Positions 1 to 11,139 of a stretch of 64,000 bases of DNA are shown here, in pieces (the stretch's first letter is position 1; each line of letters opens with the position of its first letter). This DNA is from Schizochytrium sp. TIO01 (Eukaryota; Protista; Bigyra: Labyrinthulomycetes). The stretch lies in assembly GCA_004764695.1 (NCBI GenBank), contig SMSO01000025.1, positions 3,162,001-3,226,000 on the forward strand, in the 5' to 3' direction. The position numbers and the translations under genes were made by a program. Under the pieces are notes generated by a model. That model worked only from the letters and a program-made list of their open reading frames with translations, ran no database searches and had not been told where the DNA came from.

Positions 1-319
1 ACAGAGACGGTAACATGTTAGTATGGAATGGAATGGTGCGGATCGATGTTGGTGCGTAGAAATAAATATGGATAAATGAACAGAGATAAGGACACTACTA
101 CACAGTCCCGGGACATTTATATCTAGTCCAATTAACCGACTAAGGGATGACGAACCAAATCTTTTAGGCCTACTTCAAATTCCTTATTCAATGACCAATG
201 AAGTGAAGACCATTCGCACATATGCATCATAGAATACTTCTTCTTGAAAACTTCTCGCAAATTATTTGTATTTCGTACCCGTGCTACTCCTACTGTAATC
301 AATGAATGATGTTCAGTAC

Positions 320-340
320 ATATATATATATATATATATA
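320..340. repeat. (AT)n microsatellite
   Basis: Uninterrupted AT dinucleotide run. Confidence 0.9.
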
Positions 341-531
341 ACATTAAAAAAAACAAAATTAAAAGAATTTAATGTAGTTAAATAATTTTTGCACGCTGCT
401 GTCCCAACCGTCCAAGGACATGCAGAGAGTTCGTTTTAGGAGGGCTTCTACAGATCGAGTACTCAATAAGATCCTCTAAACCGTGCTTGTATGCTAATAC
501 AAGAACATATATTCAAGTTCAGATTGATACA

Positions 532-533
<2 letters not shown>

Positions 534-562
<29 letters not shown>
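534..562. repeat. (TA)n microsatellite
   Basis: Uninterrupted TA dinucleotide run. Confidence 0.9.
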
Positions 563-564
<2 letters not shown>

Positions 565-1568
565 CTACTAGTTTAGTGTGCCAACAATCTGGTTTGACAA
601 TGGTTATGTACTATTTCATTAATCAGCTTCGCATAAAAGGTTCTGGTTGCAAAAAGATCGCCACTTTATGTGCTAGTCTACTTTTATGATTTCATCATAA
701 ATATGGAAAAGGATTATTTTCCTTGTACACCCTATCGCCCGCCTTAGGTGGACCTTAAAACAAAAAGGCCCTGATTTCCAACTTCCCAAGAGAACGATCA
801 TCATACTTCGTATGTCTAGGCTTTTTAGGCTTATTGGTAAAGGAACTTTTATGCGTCATGAAAATGACAATCCAAAGGAAGCTTCAGTCGCCATGTTCAA
901 TCTCAGAGCAATACGACAATACTACAAAGGAAAGTCCTTTTGGGTTTAGTTTAAATGCGCTTACTAACCTTTTGTGTGAGTTGACCGACCTCTCTATTAA
1001 ATAAGTATCATCTCCTGACACTGATGTGAGCAAGATTTAGTGTCGTCACTCCAGCACAGCGGCCTGAATACCATCTATCCGGTCGTTCTCTCCAACCAGC
1101 CTGTTCGGTAGAGCTGCAAGACTCTTGGAGCACGGCAATCTGGCGTAGGCCGTTCCTACAAAGTAAAATACCCTCTAACGCCTAATAGGAAAGGTGGGCA
1201 ATTGACGAGTGCACCATTCGATAAGGGACTTCATTCGCCAAGTCCCACCTCTCTGCCATAGGTGAGATGGCTGTATTCAACTATTGATAGGTGGCCGAAC
1301 TGCAATAAGCGGAGTTTAGATGAAGAACAAGAACGTTGCGACGAAAATTAATATTTCATACATGAGTGTTGACATAACAAACACAGTATGTCTGCTTCCT
1401 GAGGGCTAGACTTATTTGCTTGAGTGTTATTCAACTAGACTAGCTTCGTTTCGTTATTTAAATTCAAACACCGATCCATCGCATCGCGCAAGCAAAACCA
1501 CGCAAAGTGAAAACGAAGATTGCTCTAAACCATACGACATATACAGTTCGAGTGAGTGGATTAACATC

Positions 1569-3446
1569 ATGGTTTCAGGTTCAGGCGGGAGCACCCATTT
1601 GCTTGGGGCTCCATTAGGAGGGGGCGGTGGAGCCATTGCAGCTCCTAGTCATAGTCATCACCACGGTATGGTCACAGTCTTGAAGAAGACTAAACGCCGG
1701 ACTACCGAGAAAATCCTTCAAAAGCTCGGAGCTAGTGAGCAGACACCAGATGACAAAGAGTTCAATGATCTACAAGCTGAGTTTGCTGATTCACAGAAAC
1801 AGTTGCTCCTTTTGCTCAGCAAATTCCAACTCTATGTGGAATCAATCGAGAAATGGCAAAAATGTGGCGAGTCATTAGCCAGAGAAGTTGCACACTTTGT
1901 AGAGACTGGACAAGATCATTCATGTGAGGCGCGGAAAGGTCTTGAAATCCTTAGTGAAAGATTTAGTGCAACACAAGAAGAAATGAGCTCTGTATGTAGC
2001 AATCTTGTCGACCAGTGGAGCTTACAAATCTTAGGTCCGCTACGAGATGTGGCGCTAACCTTCAATCATAACATCAAAGATATGGTTCATGATAGAGCAA
2101 AGGACAAAATCGATTTTGATGTTTATCGTCGTCGTGCCAAGTCCCTTGCCACTCCGGATAGTAGCAAGGGTGCAAAGATGAGAGAAGCCCATAAAAATTT
2201 TGTCAAACTCTCTGCAACACAAACACGTTTTGAGGAGCACAATGCCTTTCTTCAAGAACAATTCAAGCGAATGCGTGAAGAACGCTCCTTAGTGATCATT
2301 CATGAACTTGCACTTGCTGTTCAGTTTCAAAACGAGTTTACTAAATCGATGCATCGCGTCACCAAGGAAACCTTTCAAGACCAGCTGGCCGAGTTTCTAC
2401 CAGAAGATATGGAAGGTTTTGATCGAAGAATGAATAAGTGGGCAGTTCAAGGTGGTGAGCAGACACAACTCGCCTCTGGGTATACAACAAAAGGGGGCGA
2501 AGTTAGCGTTCCAGGCTCCACGAAGATGCACAAAGGCGGAATTATGCGTTCCAACAGTGCTCGTCATTACGCACGAAACGCGCCACGAGGTAAGCAAGTG
2601 TTTCTCAAAAACATTGGCAAGCAACTTACCCTCGACCGCAAACATAATCAAAAGCCCATAGGCACTGGCTTCGTCTTGCCTAACTCTGAAGATGTAAGCG
2701 ACATTAGTATGGTCTCTTATAAGACCAACATACCATTGGAGGAGCAAGATGCACCGATTCACCTGAGTGAAAAACGCGAAGCGTTCAGTGGAAACCCTCA
2801 TGAAGATGACCCAAAGCCTGTAAGCTCTGGATCCCAGTCCTCTCTTCCATCGCCCGAGGGCGATCAAAAGCAGGAGGTCAATAACCAGCAAGGTTACCAC
2901 GCACAAACTAGCTTGTGTCAATCTCACCGAGAAAATTACAACGAAGATATTCCTTTGCCGATCTCTGAGAATTGTGCCACAGCTTCCGACGAGGACGATG
3001 AGCAACTCGAAGGGGAGCTCAGTGCTGTGGAAGAAGAAGAGGATGGAAGCAGCGTTTCGGATCCTACCAGAAGCGGTGGTATCGTGCGAATGGCCTCTGA
3101 CCGCACAATTCGCTCACTAGCATCTGATGATGGCGGTGATGGATTTGGCAAACATGGTCAAGTGCCGAGACGCTATCAGGGTCACGAAAGCAAGACTGCC
3201 TATTCGAAATCGAATCCGCGTCATAAAATAGATACTCAAGTATTAAGCGACGATGAGTATGAAGACGATTTTGAAGATGATGACGAGTACACTGACTATA
3301 AGGATGCACAAGATGGGTTCAATTATTATGAGGGGGTAAGCGCAAACCGTGGTAGTGCTGACAAAAGAGTTGTTCAAGTAATGGATGTCGACTCTGTAAT
3401 TGATACTAGGCCAGGCTCTTTGCCAAACAAAACTACAACCGCATAG
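1569..3446 (+). CDS. Amphiphysin/BIN-like N-BAR domain protein with long disordered acidic C-terminus (~625 aa)
   Basis: Long ORF; first ATG at 1569 (the track start at 1416 is TTG). KKTKRRTTEKILQKLGASEQTPDDKEFNDL resembles the amphiphysin N-BAR start ([21 protein letters not shown]), followed by ~240 aa of helical sequence including DRAKDKIDFDVYRRR. No SH3 seen. Confidence 0.8.
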   Translation: MVSGSGGSTHLLGAPLGGGGGAIAAPSHSHHHGMVTVLKKTKRRTTEKILQKLGASEQTPDDKEFNDLQAEFADSQKQLLLLLSKFQLYVESIEKWQKCGESLAREVAHFVETGQDHSCEARKGLEILSERFSATQEEMSSVCSNLVDQWSLQILGPLRDVALTFNHNIKDMVHDRAKDKIDFDVYRRRAKSLATPDSSKGAKMREAHKNFVKLSATQTRFEEHNAFLQEQFKRMREERSLVIIHELALAVQFQNEFTKSMHRVTKETFQDQLAEFLPEDMEGFDRRMNKWAVQGGEQTQLASGYTTKGGEVSVPGSTKMHKGGIMRSNSARHYARNAPRGKQVFLKNIGKQLTLDRKHNQKPIGTGFVLPNSEDVSDISMVSYKTNIPLEEQDAPIHLSEKREAFSGNPHEDDPKPVSSGSQSSLPSPEGDQKQEVNNQQGYHAQTSLCQSHRENYNEDIPLPISENCATASDEDDEQLEGELSAVEEEEDGSSVSDPTRSGGIVRMASDRTIRSLASDDGGDGFGKHGQVPRRYQGHESKTAYSKSNPRHKIDTQVLSDDEYEDDFEDDDEYTDYKDAQDGFNYYEGVSANRGSADKRVVQVMDVDSVIDTRPGSLPNKTTTA

Positions 3447-3880
3447 AATTGCAAGAATAATATTGCTGCGTTGCTTTCAACTGTCATAGTAAGGCAAACG
3501 CTAGCCATCTACAGCTCATGTAATACAATCGTTCAATGTCTAAAATAAGTATGATATCCCTTAAAAGTTGTTGCCAAATCTTATACAAAGAAATTCCCTG
3601 TAAATTAACGTACGATATCTCGACACAATTGATACTGATTTTTGGTCTGGGTTTATACTTGAGTAAAAGGTTTGATAGGGGTAGATTCTGGCTAATGAGG
3701 TAGCTTTTCCAAGGAACTGCTATGCATCGAAGCGTTCCTTTTTTTATTTTCACTCTATATATTCTTTTTAAAAGTTTTCCTTCAAATTTACAAAACTTGT
3801 GTTTGCTTAAGTAGCAATGTAGCGTGTCTTATCCCTCTATGATACCCATACCTGCTGGAAGTTTGACTAATCTATTTAAC

Positions 3881-6697
3881 TTAGTCTAAACAGATAGGCT
3901 CATGATCAGATATGGGGAGGCTTCCAAATGGCGCTGATTCTATCCCTGATGACGACGATGACGACGATGATGATTTCTTTGCTCGTTTGCTAGCGCCTGA
4001 AATTTTTGTCACAGGCAACTTAATATTGAGGTCACCAATCAGCTCAGGAGTTAGTTTCTTCTTGAGCTCTACTTGTACCTCAGGAGAATCATTGCGAACA
4101 TGGTCTTTCCAGTACGCTTCTAGTAAGCGTTTCCGCCGCTTTCGTTGAGCCTCTTCAAACATATCTTTTGTCCCATAGTATCCATTCGGATCAGGCTGGC
4201 CATTACGACCAGCAGCGTACTGTGCTGCATTGCGACGGTTATTCTTATTGTTAAGATTCATGGGACAGTACGCAACATGAGCATGAGCATCAGCACCTGT
4301 GTCCGAGAGACACCAGCCACAGAATGTACTTTTTGGACGACACCGGGTACACGTCAGTGCGAAACAGCCCGTGAACTCACTGAACGCGTGCTTTCCTTGC
4401 GGACACTTCAACGTGAGAATGTCATCTGTTATGGTTTGAAAGTGCTTATCAACTCTAGCAGAAAGTGAGCCTGATCGTTGAATCTCCTCCTCCATTATTT
4501 TTCGTTTTCTCTCCAGTTCAGAATGCATGGTTGTCACTGTGTCCTCCTCCACAGAACGTTTAACGGCAGCCATAAAGTTCGAAAATGCTTCTTTTGATAC
4601 GAGCTTTAGGACGTCAACAGAGGGAATTGGTGGAGCCTTGCACTGCGGATCGTAGCAAGGGATCTCTCCATTTGCTTCGCGCAGGCGAATGTCATTGCCT
4701 ACCTGAGATATACTCCTTACATGCCCTTCAAGACAGGATTTACACATGAAGTGACCGGAATTGCATTGAACACCATCGGACAATGCAGTAGTGTCTCCAC
4801 ATATGTTGCATTCCTTTGCAGGAATTAATAAAGACAATGGAATCATGTCCCTCACTGGGACCCAGTTCAGATAACGGAATGTTTCAGGATGACAAACTTC
4901 ATCAACCTCACGAATCCATGCATGATCAAACAATAGTTCAGGGAAATGCTTCCGCGCTTGTTCAATAAGATCTCCTCGTTCATCAATGATTTTTTCCAGC
5001 AGACTCTTAAGTTCGTTCTGGCTACTATCTTTGGTTGTTTTTAAGTCTGCTTCAGCAGCATCAAGTTCTTCTTGCAGAGCTTGCTCATTGCTCTGCTTCT
5101 GTTTTACAACAAGTGCAGTCTCATTGGGTGAGCATCCACTGGTGCCAGCTCGGTGATTTCCGTCCTCATCATCTTCCTCATCCTCTAATTGTTCGTCAGT
5201 CTGACCTTGCGTTGTACCACTAGCTTCAGACGTACGAATGGCAAAGGTGAGGTCATCTACTTTGCGCTGTTTCTCACAAATTAAACGATCCAAGGATTGC
5301 AATTTCTTATAAAGGTCCTTAATGACGGCTCGGCTCCGGCAGTCTTTCGAGGCTTCTTCAAACGACGTCACTTCCTTCTTCTTTGCAGACCATGCTGACC
5401 GTAGCTGGGAGGCCCGTTGCAACAAACCTTTGCAGTATATTCGAATGCGTGAGATCGCTTCTTGCATGCTCTTAAGAGGTAGGTTTTCCAACAGACCAGA
5501 ACCTAGGAAACTTTTTTTCAGCGTCGATAGCTCTATCGAAAGGTCATCCTTCGCTTGCATCGCATCTGCCTGTATTTTGCATGCAAAGTCATCTGTCATT
5601 GAGAAAATCATACTTCCAATTTGGTTGTGAGCTTGAATGCGTGCAAAACTTTTGTCTGAGCGTTCCTGCAAGGCAGTAAAGTCATTTTCACTATCCCACA
5701 TCCGTTTTTGCTTCAAGACCCAGTCACGGAGCCGTATACAGCCTTTGAACGTCGTTGTGTCGGTGCCGGAAGGGATTCGAGCATCTTTACCCTCAACTGT
5801 TTGCGATGCGCTATCCAAAGCGTTTTCCAAACTTTGTAATTCATTGATACTGACACTAAGCCTTTTAGCCATGCTGTCTACTATATCAAACTTATTTTGG
5901 CTAGTTACCATAACCTGGCGCATACTGTCCAGGACTTCTCGGCGGGCCTTCTTCCGTTGCATTAAGAGACGTTTTACAGTGATATCACGAGCCTTGTTAG
6001 CACTGAGATCTGATGGTGTATTGCTGCGCGACGGATCCATCACGGGCGTTGCTACACGCAAGGAACCTGTCTTGCCTGCCAGGTCTGAACTTGAATCTGA
6101 GTCATTCTCTTGATCCAAGTCAACTGCATCGGTAGAATCCTCAGTGCTTGTCAGAGAAGACAAGCCAAACACACCTTTTGGATCCGCTTCATCAGGATTA
6201 GAGAATTTTCTGATCTGATCCTGTAATGAGACATAGGTGGCCATGCCCCCAGTCACTCCATTCAAGCTACGTTGGAGTGACTCAGCTGTCTCAGCTTCTT
6301 CCTTTAATGATGTGAGCTTTTGAAGATGGTCCTCACATGCCTGCCATAATTGTGCTGTAACTTTACAGTCCTCAGGAAAAGGTCCTTGCTGCGTAACTCG
6401 AGTTCGACTTTCCCGGGTTCGTGCATACAATGCAAGTACTTCACTAAATAGTATTGAGACCTCGGTTGAAGGTGAGCTTGGAAGGTCACGCTCGTCATAC
6501 GCCCTTGTGGAGTGCTTCCTGAGATAATCAACTTCGTCTTTAAGTTGCTGGAGCTCTGCAGAGTAAAAGCCGTTATCGTTGATGCTCTCGACATCCTCGT
6601 CGTCTGATTCGATTGCCACCACCTCTTCCACGCCATCATCATCATCATCATCGTCAAGGACTAGATCCACATGATCTGCGTTGGAGGAGGAGGACAT
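3881..6697 (-). CDS. RBR-like E3 ubiquitin ligase: coiled-coil N-terminus, RING1 and RING2/Rcat, no IBR (938 aa)
   Basis: RING1 CNIC...CNSGHFMCKSC...CYDPQC (nt 4640-4810). RING2-like CPQGKH...FTGCFALTCTRC...FCGWC...HAHVAYC (nt 4262-4405) with the GC catalytic Cys position. Confidence 0.75.
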   Translation of the reverse strand: MSSSSNADHVDLVLDDDDDDDGVEEVVAIESDDEDVESINDNGFYSAELQQLKDEVDYLRKHSTRAYDERDLPSSPSTEVSILFSEVLALYARTRESRTRVTQQGPFPEDCKVTAQLWQACEDHLQKLTSLKEEAETAESLQRSLNGVTGGMATYVSLQDQIRKFSNPDEADPKGVFGLSSLTSTEDSTDAVDLDQENDSDSSSDLAGKTGSLRVATPVMDPSRSNTPSDLSANKARDITVKRLLMQRKKARREVLDSMRQVMVTSQNKFDIVDSMAKRLSVSINELQSLENALDSASQTVEGKDARIPSGTDTTTFKGCIRLRDWVLKQKRMWDSENDFTALQERSDKSFARIQAHNQIGSMIFSMTDDFACKIQADAMQAKDDLSIELSTLKKSFLGSGLLENLPLKSMQEAISRIRIYCKGLLQRASQLRSAWSAKKKEVTSFEEASKDCRSRAVIKDLYKKLQSLDRLICEKQRKVDDLTFAIRTSEASGTTQGQTDEQLEDEEDDEDGNHRAGTSGCSPNETALVVKQKQSNEQALQEELDAAEADLKTTKDSSQNELKSLLEKIIDERGDLIEQARKHFPELLFDHAWIREVDEVCHPETFRYLNWVPVRDMIPLSLLIPAKECNICGDTTALSDGVQCNSGHFMCKSCLEGHVRSISQVGNDIRLREANGEIPCYDPQCKAPPIPSVDVLKLVSKEAFSNFMAAVKRSVEEDTVTTMHSELERKRKIMEEEIQRSGSLSARVDKHFQTITDDILTLKCPQGKHAFSEFTGCFALTCTRCRPKSTFCGWCLSDTGADAHAHVAYCPMNLNNKNNRRNAAQYAAGRNGQPDPNGYYGTKDMFEEAQRKRRKRLLEAYWKDHVRNDSPEVQVELKKKLTPELIGDLNIKLPVTKISGASKRAKKSSSSSSSSSGIESAPFGSLPISDHEPICLD

Positions 6698-7663
6698 TAC
6701 GGTAAGCAGCTCGACTTGTCTTTTGTAAACGGCACTTCTATCTTCAATAAATAGTGTTCAAATATAAACGCCTATGCACAGCACAGCAAAAGACTTCCAA
6801 TGTCCTCTGAGCACCTCTGAGCACTTTGCAACTAGCAAGCTTGACCGTGAATCGTTCAAGCTGCAATACGCTCCAATCGAACCTCAAGCTTCTGGTCTCC
6901 ACAATAGAGTGTACGATAGCAGGTAAAAAGATGTTTACTACCGCACTAAGGCCCCGGCTGTTCAAACGTGTTTCAGGTACCCTCGAAGTGCCTTTGGAGA
7001 GTCTTCCGCACCCTTATATGTATATTGAGAGCGCAAACAAAGTGATGCACCCTTTCTTTGCCGCAATGCTCCGCACAGCCACTCGCAAGCGAACGCTGTG
7101 TTCCTGTACTACACGAGAAGACAAAGGAGAGTCTCACGGATCCGAGAGTAGATGTGGGCAAGCGAAGAGACCTCCGCGCAAGGCCCCAGATTGAGCAGCG
7201 GTGCTTCCACGCACTTGTACAGCATACAAGACTGTTTCTCCGAAGGCCTTCGTGATTAATAAAGGACACTATTTAGTTCATAGCTACTGCTAGATTAGTG
7301 TCCATTTATATTAAATCCATACAAGTTCATCGGCCTAACTGAATGCCGGAGTCTTCATTGTGTTGCGGAACCCCGATCCTTTCAGAGGCACAAGAAAACT
7401 GTGCAGGGAAGCCAAGACTTGATAAAGCTAGGCGAAACTCTGGGCTCAAATGCTCAATTAAGTTATAAGTAATATTTTGCTTGCGTCGCTGGGACTTTCT
7501 TGACAACTTGAAGGCGTATGTGCCTCCACGGTCGCTTACTAGCAGGGCCTACGTAATATTATTGCATACACTTCCTAATATATTTGAAAGGGCGCTCTCA
7601 AATGCAGTCAACTATTTCGTAGGTTAAATCAGCAAGAGTATCAAGCACTAACACGCTTTATGG

Positions 7664-7770
7664 ATGTGACTAGCAATAGTCACGAAGCTTCATGGAAAAA
7701 CAGAATATGCTCATATAATACGCTTTAATTATGTATGTGCTTAGCAATAGTCACGTAGCTTCATAGAAAA
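7664..7770. repeat. Imperfect ~36-bp direct repeat (2 copies, 71-bp period); copy 1 holds a GTGACTA-GCAA-TAGTCAC hairpin
   Basis: atgtgactagcaatagtcacgaagcttcatggaaaa (7664) vs atgtgcttagcaatagtcacgtagcttcatagaaaa (7735). Confidence 0.8.
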
Positions 7771-10382
7771 GCTCTCAACACAGGAAAGACAAAACTTTCC
7801 ATCTTTTGAATCTATTACCGAGGTGATTTCCTTGTTATGAAACGTTTACAGGAGCAGACTATGCTCATAAACTTAAGATAGATAGGGTAGTACTGATTAC
7901 CACTTTCTATGAAAGAACTTGTGGCAGCGGCAGCCTTGATTATTGGGTTATTGTAGGCATGCAGAAATTAATCTCAAAGCATCTATGAATATGAAAGGTG
8001 TATTACTGCTCGATCTTATATAACTCTTGTCTAAGCTCTATCGAGTTCAAGTTATTTTCTGGGAGCTTCCACTCTATTCAAAGAAATGATAAAAAAAGAG
8101 AAGGCGATGTTAAACTAAATGAGAAGTGCACGAATGGCTCTGAGCTTGGCAGAGCGAGGGAAATATTCAGTCGACTTGCAAAATAGTCAGACTTAATATT
8201 CATTATTTGCAATAAATATAGAATCAGGCAAAGTGAGACACTACCTGGTTTCACATGAAAGAATTTTAGATTTGAAGTTTCCCTCCAAAGTCCTTGAACA
8301 ACCTCCTAATTTGAAAACCTTTACTAGTCTCCCGTAGTATTCACTTGAAAGTTCTTTATAGTAGGCTCAGTTGAAAACTTCATCTCTTAGAAGTGCTTTT
8401 TATGTAGAACAGATACCTTCAGAATAAATCGATCGAAGCGCTTATACGAGAACATCTTAAGTTCAGGAAAATCACGTCACATCAATATAATTTATACATT
8501 CTAATTAGAAATATCGAGTAATGAGACGCAAGTTTGCCTTGAATGCATTTCTGTGCTGTCTGTCTTGTAACAACTTGAATGCCCGAAAAGCAAGACACGC
8601 CTTCACTGCGTCTTTATTTGAGTTATCTTGATTGAAAGGATGCCCTCGTGTAGAGATTATGCCATATTAAGCCAGGTTCCCGTTGCTTAAATTCATGACA
8701 TGTGCGGGTTTATCCGTTTTCAAGTACCTACCTAGCTAGTTAGTTTAACACAATGCTATGATAGGATCTTCATTTCATGATCTGAAGTGAGTTCCCAGGC
8801 CTCGTGTACTGTTGATTAGCAAGAGCAGTAGGGTCGTCCTCCTTCCTTGTCGGGACTAGAGAAACATTTGCGGGAAACAAGCGTTCTGGGCGGGACAGTC
8901 ATTTGCATCTGCTGCTTGGGTGATTCCTGGCCTCGCGATGAACACCTCGGCGGGTGGCCCAGCGCTTCGTCAGGGCATCTTCTGACAGTTCAACCGTCCG
9001 ACCTGAGCCCAGACGTGCGGCTGCGGCAGACACATTGATGAAAGCAAAATGAGACCACGAATGAAAAGCCCAAAATGAGGAAGCCTCTCAAATTTGGACC
9101 CTTGAAGCAACAGCATTCATGAATTCAGGTCTGCAGGAGTTCGTCAGTTCTGTGTTTTCTAATCGATTGCGCCTGACACTTGCAAATCATGTATTGCGCA
9201 CTTCGTCCCGTCTTCTGCTGCTCACCCCGTTGTACTTCAGCGAATCGAGGGGATCTGGTCCAGCACCCTGGGTAGCCAGCCATCCATCATAGGATATGCC
9301 TCTTTTGGCACTATGCGTTCACCTGAAGCTATTTGTGAAAGTCAGGGTGCTCTTACTCGAAGCTGAAGCTGCAGATCCTGGTGCGGTAACGGCGCACGCA
9401 GCAAGCCTGCCTAAGGCTCTTCTGCGTGCCATGCACTGCACTGCACTGCACTGCACGGCACGTTATCGATTGCCATGCCTGGTGCCCTTTCAAGATCAAC
9501 ATTTGCAATGAAGGTGTCACCATCTATCTATCTATTATGAGTTCGCAGATTTTCCATGGATCAAAACTGTACCAGGGTGTCAACGATATTTCTTCCCTCA
9601 ATCATGGAAACAGATTCAAGCAAGAAACCCGCAAGAGATCACAACAGCCGACGAATTGGATCGTACTTCATCTCCAACACAGTCTCAAAGCTGAAGGGCT
9701 ATCGCATTAATTAGCCTCATGAGCCGGATTTCATCCAATCGTCATTCTCTCTGGTCAAAAGCTGTCGCCGCTCCGCCACTTCATGCTGCTGCTATTTCTG
9801 CTACTTCTAGTTAGGTGAAAACTAGTACCTACTAGGCTTCACCCACATTGCAGACTGCGCAACGCACTGCTCGGAGATCCTCAACTGCCGTGAAGATTAT
9901 TGCTCCTGCTTATTTCATACAAGTTATTCTACTCGTTCCGTTCCTGCTGCAGCCACTCTTAGAACGCTTCTGCGAGCGTCATCAGAGCCACTAGCCTCTT
10001 CTTAGCGGTTTACTGTAGTAGTGCCCGGATAGCAGTTTTAAGTTGAAGGAAGAACTCCAGGAATCGAAGGAACCGCGCAAGAATACCTAGGACCCTGTTA
10101 GACATTATTACCTGAAAATAATTCTATAATCACTTTTCAAAGACTTTGTCAAAGTCACGTTAATTATTACCTGATGCGCCATTTTTTAATTTTCTGAAAA
10201 ATAATAAGTAATCACAACATAATATGCACCTAAGTATGCATGCATGTATGCATGTATGTATGTATATCCATCCCCTTTTAAAGGTAAAGAGGAAAGAGAG
10301 ATTCCATGTCATGATGTAGATAGAAAGAAGCCTCAAGTGCTCTATTTAGCCGGTGCGGCGGCGGCGCGGAGCGGCATCTGCA

Positions 10383-10408
10383 GCAAGCAAGCAAGCAAGC
10401 AAGCAAGC
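10383..10408. repeat. (GCAA)n microsatellite
   Basis: About six tandem GCAA units. Confidence 0.85.
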
Positions 10409-11092
10409 GAGCCCGAACAGACAACAGCCGTGCAGAATGCCAGAAGCCCTGCTTGACCCAGAGCTGGGCTGCCTTGGCCCGGCTTTCAAGCCGCGCGACG
10501 GGCTTTCTTTCTGCAAACAAGCGGCGCTTCGAGACACAGAACTCTTACTATTCTTTGGCGAGCAGGCGCTCAAAAGACTTGTAGTAGTAAATCATACTGC
10601 GTCCATGAGAAACACTCTTGCACAGTGGGAGATCCTCACACTCTGTGGGGACACATTCAGGGTAGCTTATGCATGCTGATCTGCACTGCTGGGAGGAGGA
10701 TCAGGTAGAAAATTCTAGTGGAGGGTGAGTCTCATAACACTGAGAAAGTCTTCCCACGGAGGAAAAGAGCACTGTGAATTGTTTGCCTAATACCTCCTGT
10801 CGGCCTATACACTCGAGAGGTTATTCCTCTGTTTATTGTAGTATCGGTGTTACTTGGGGGTGTACCTAGGGACTCCCAAACCAGGAGGACTGTTTTCTGC
10901 AGCGCCCCTTCCTTCCTGGTACTACATTAAGTTACTAAGCTACGAGGAATGCTTCAAGCGGCGCTCCTGAAGAGTGCTTCTTGTCGAGTCTTTCTTCTCT
11001 GGCGCTCCCCTTCGCTCTGCGTTGTGAGCTTTGGTTCTTATCCGACTCCTTTGCCGTCTGTCTGCAACGGCCTCAGAAACAGAGCATCCCGC

Positions 11093-11139
11093 AAGAAGAA
11101 GAAGAAGAAGAAGAAGGAGAAGAAGAAGAAGAAGAAGGA
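11093..11139. repeat. (AAG)n microsatellite
   Basis: Near-perfect AAG run; it generates the spurious poly-K and poly-L ORFs at 10940-11164. Confidence 0.9.

Noticed and set aside
1052-1099. Minus-frame peptide LVGENDRIDGIQAAVL resembling the DegT/DnrJ aminotransferase motif G.N.RLD..QAA.L
   Set aside because: Followed almost at once by stops, and no upstream PLP-lysine motif in any frame; likely chance, though a BLASTX is cheap.
7664-7770. CRISPR-like repeat-spacer-repeat geometry (36-bp repeat, 35-bp spacer)
   Set aside because: Only two degenerate copies, eukaryotic context, no cas genes.
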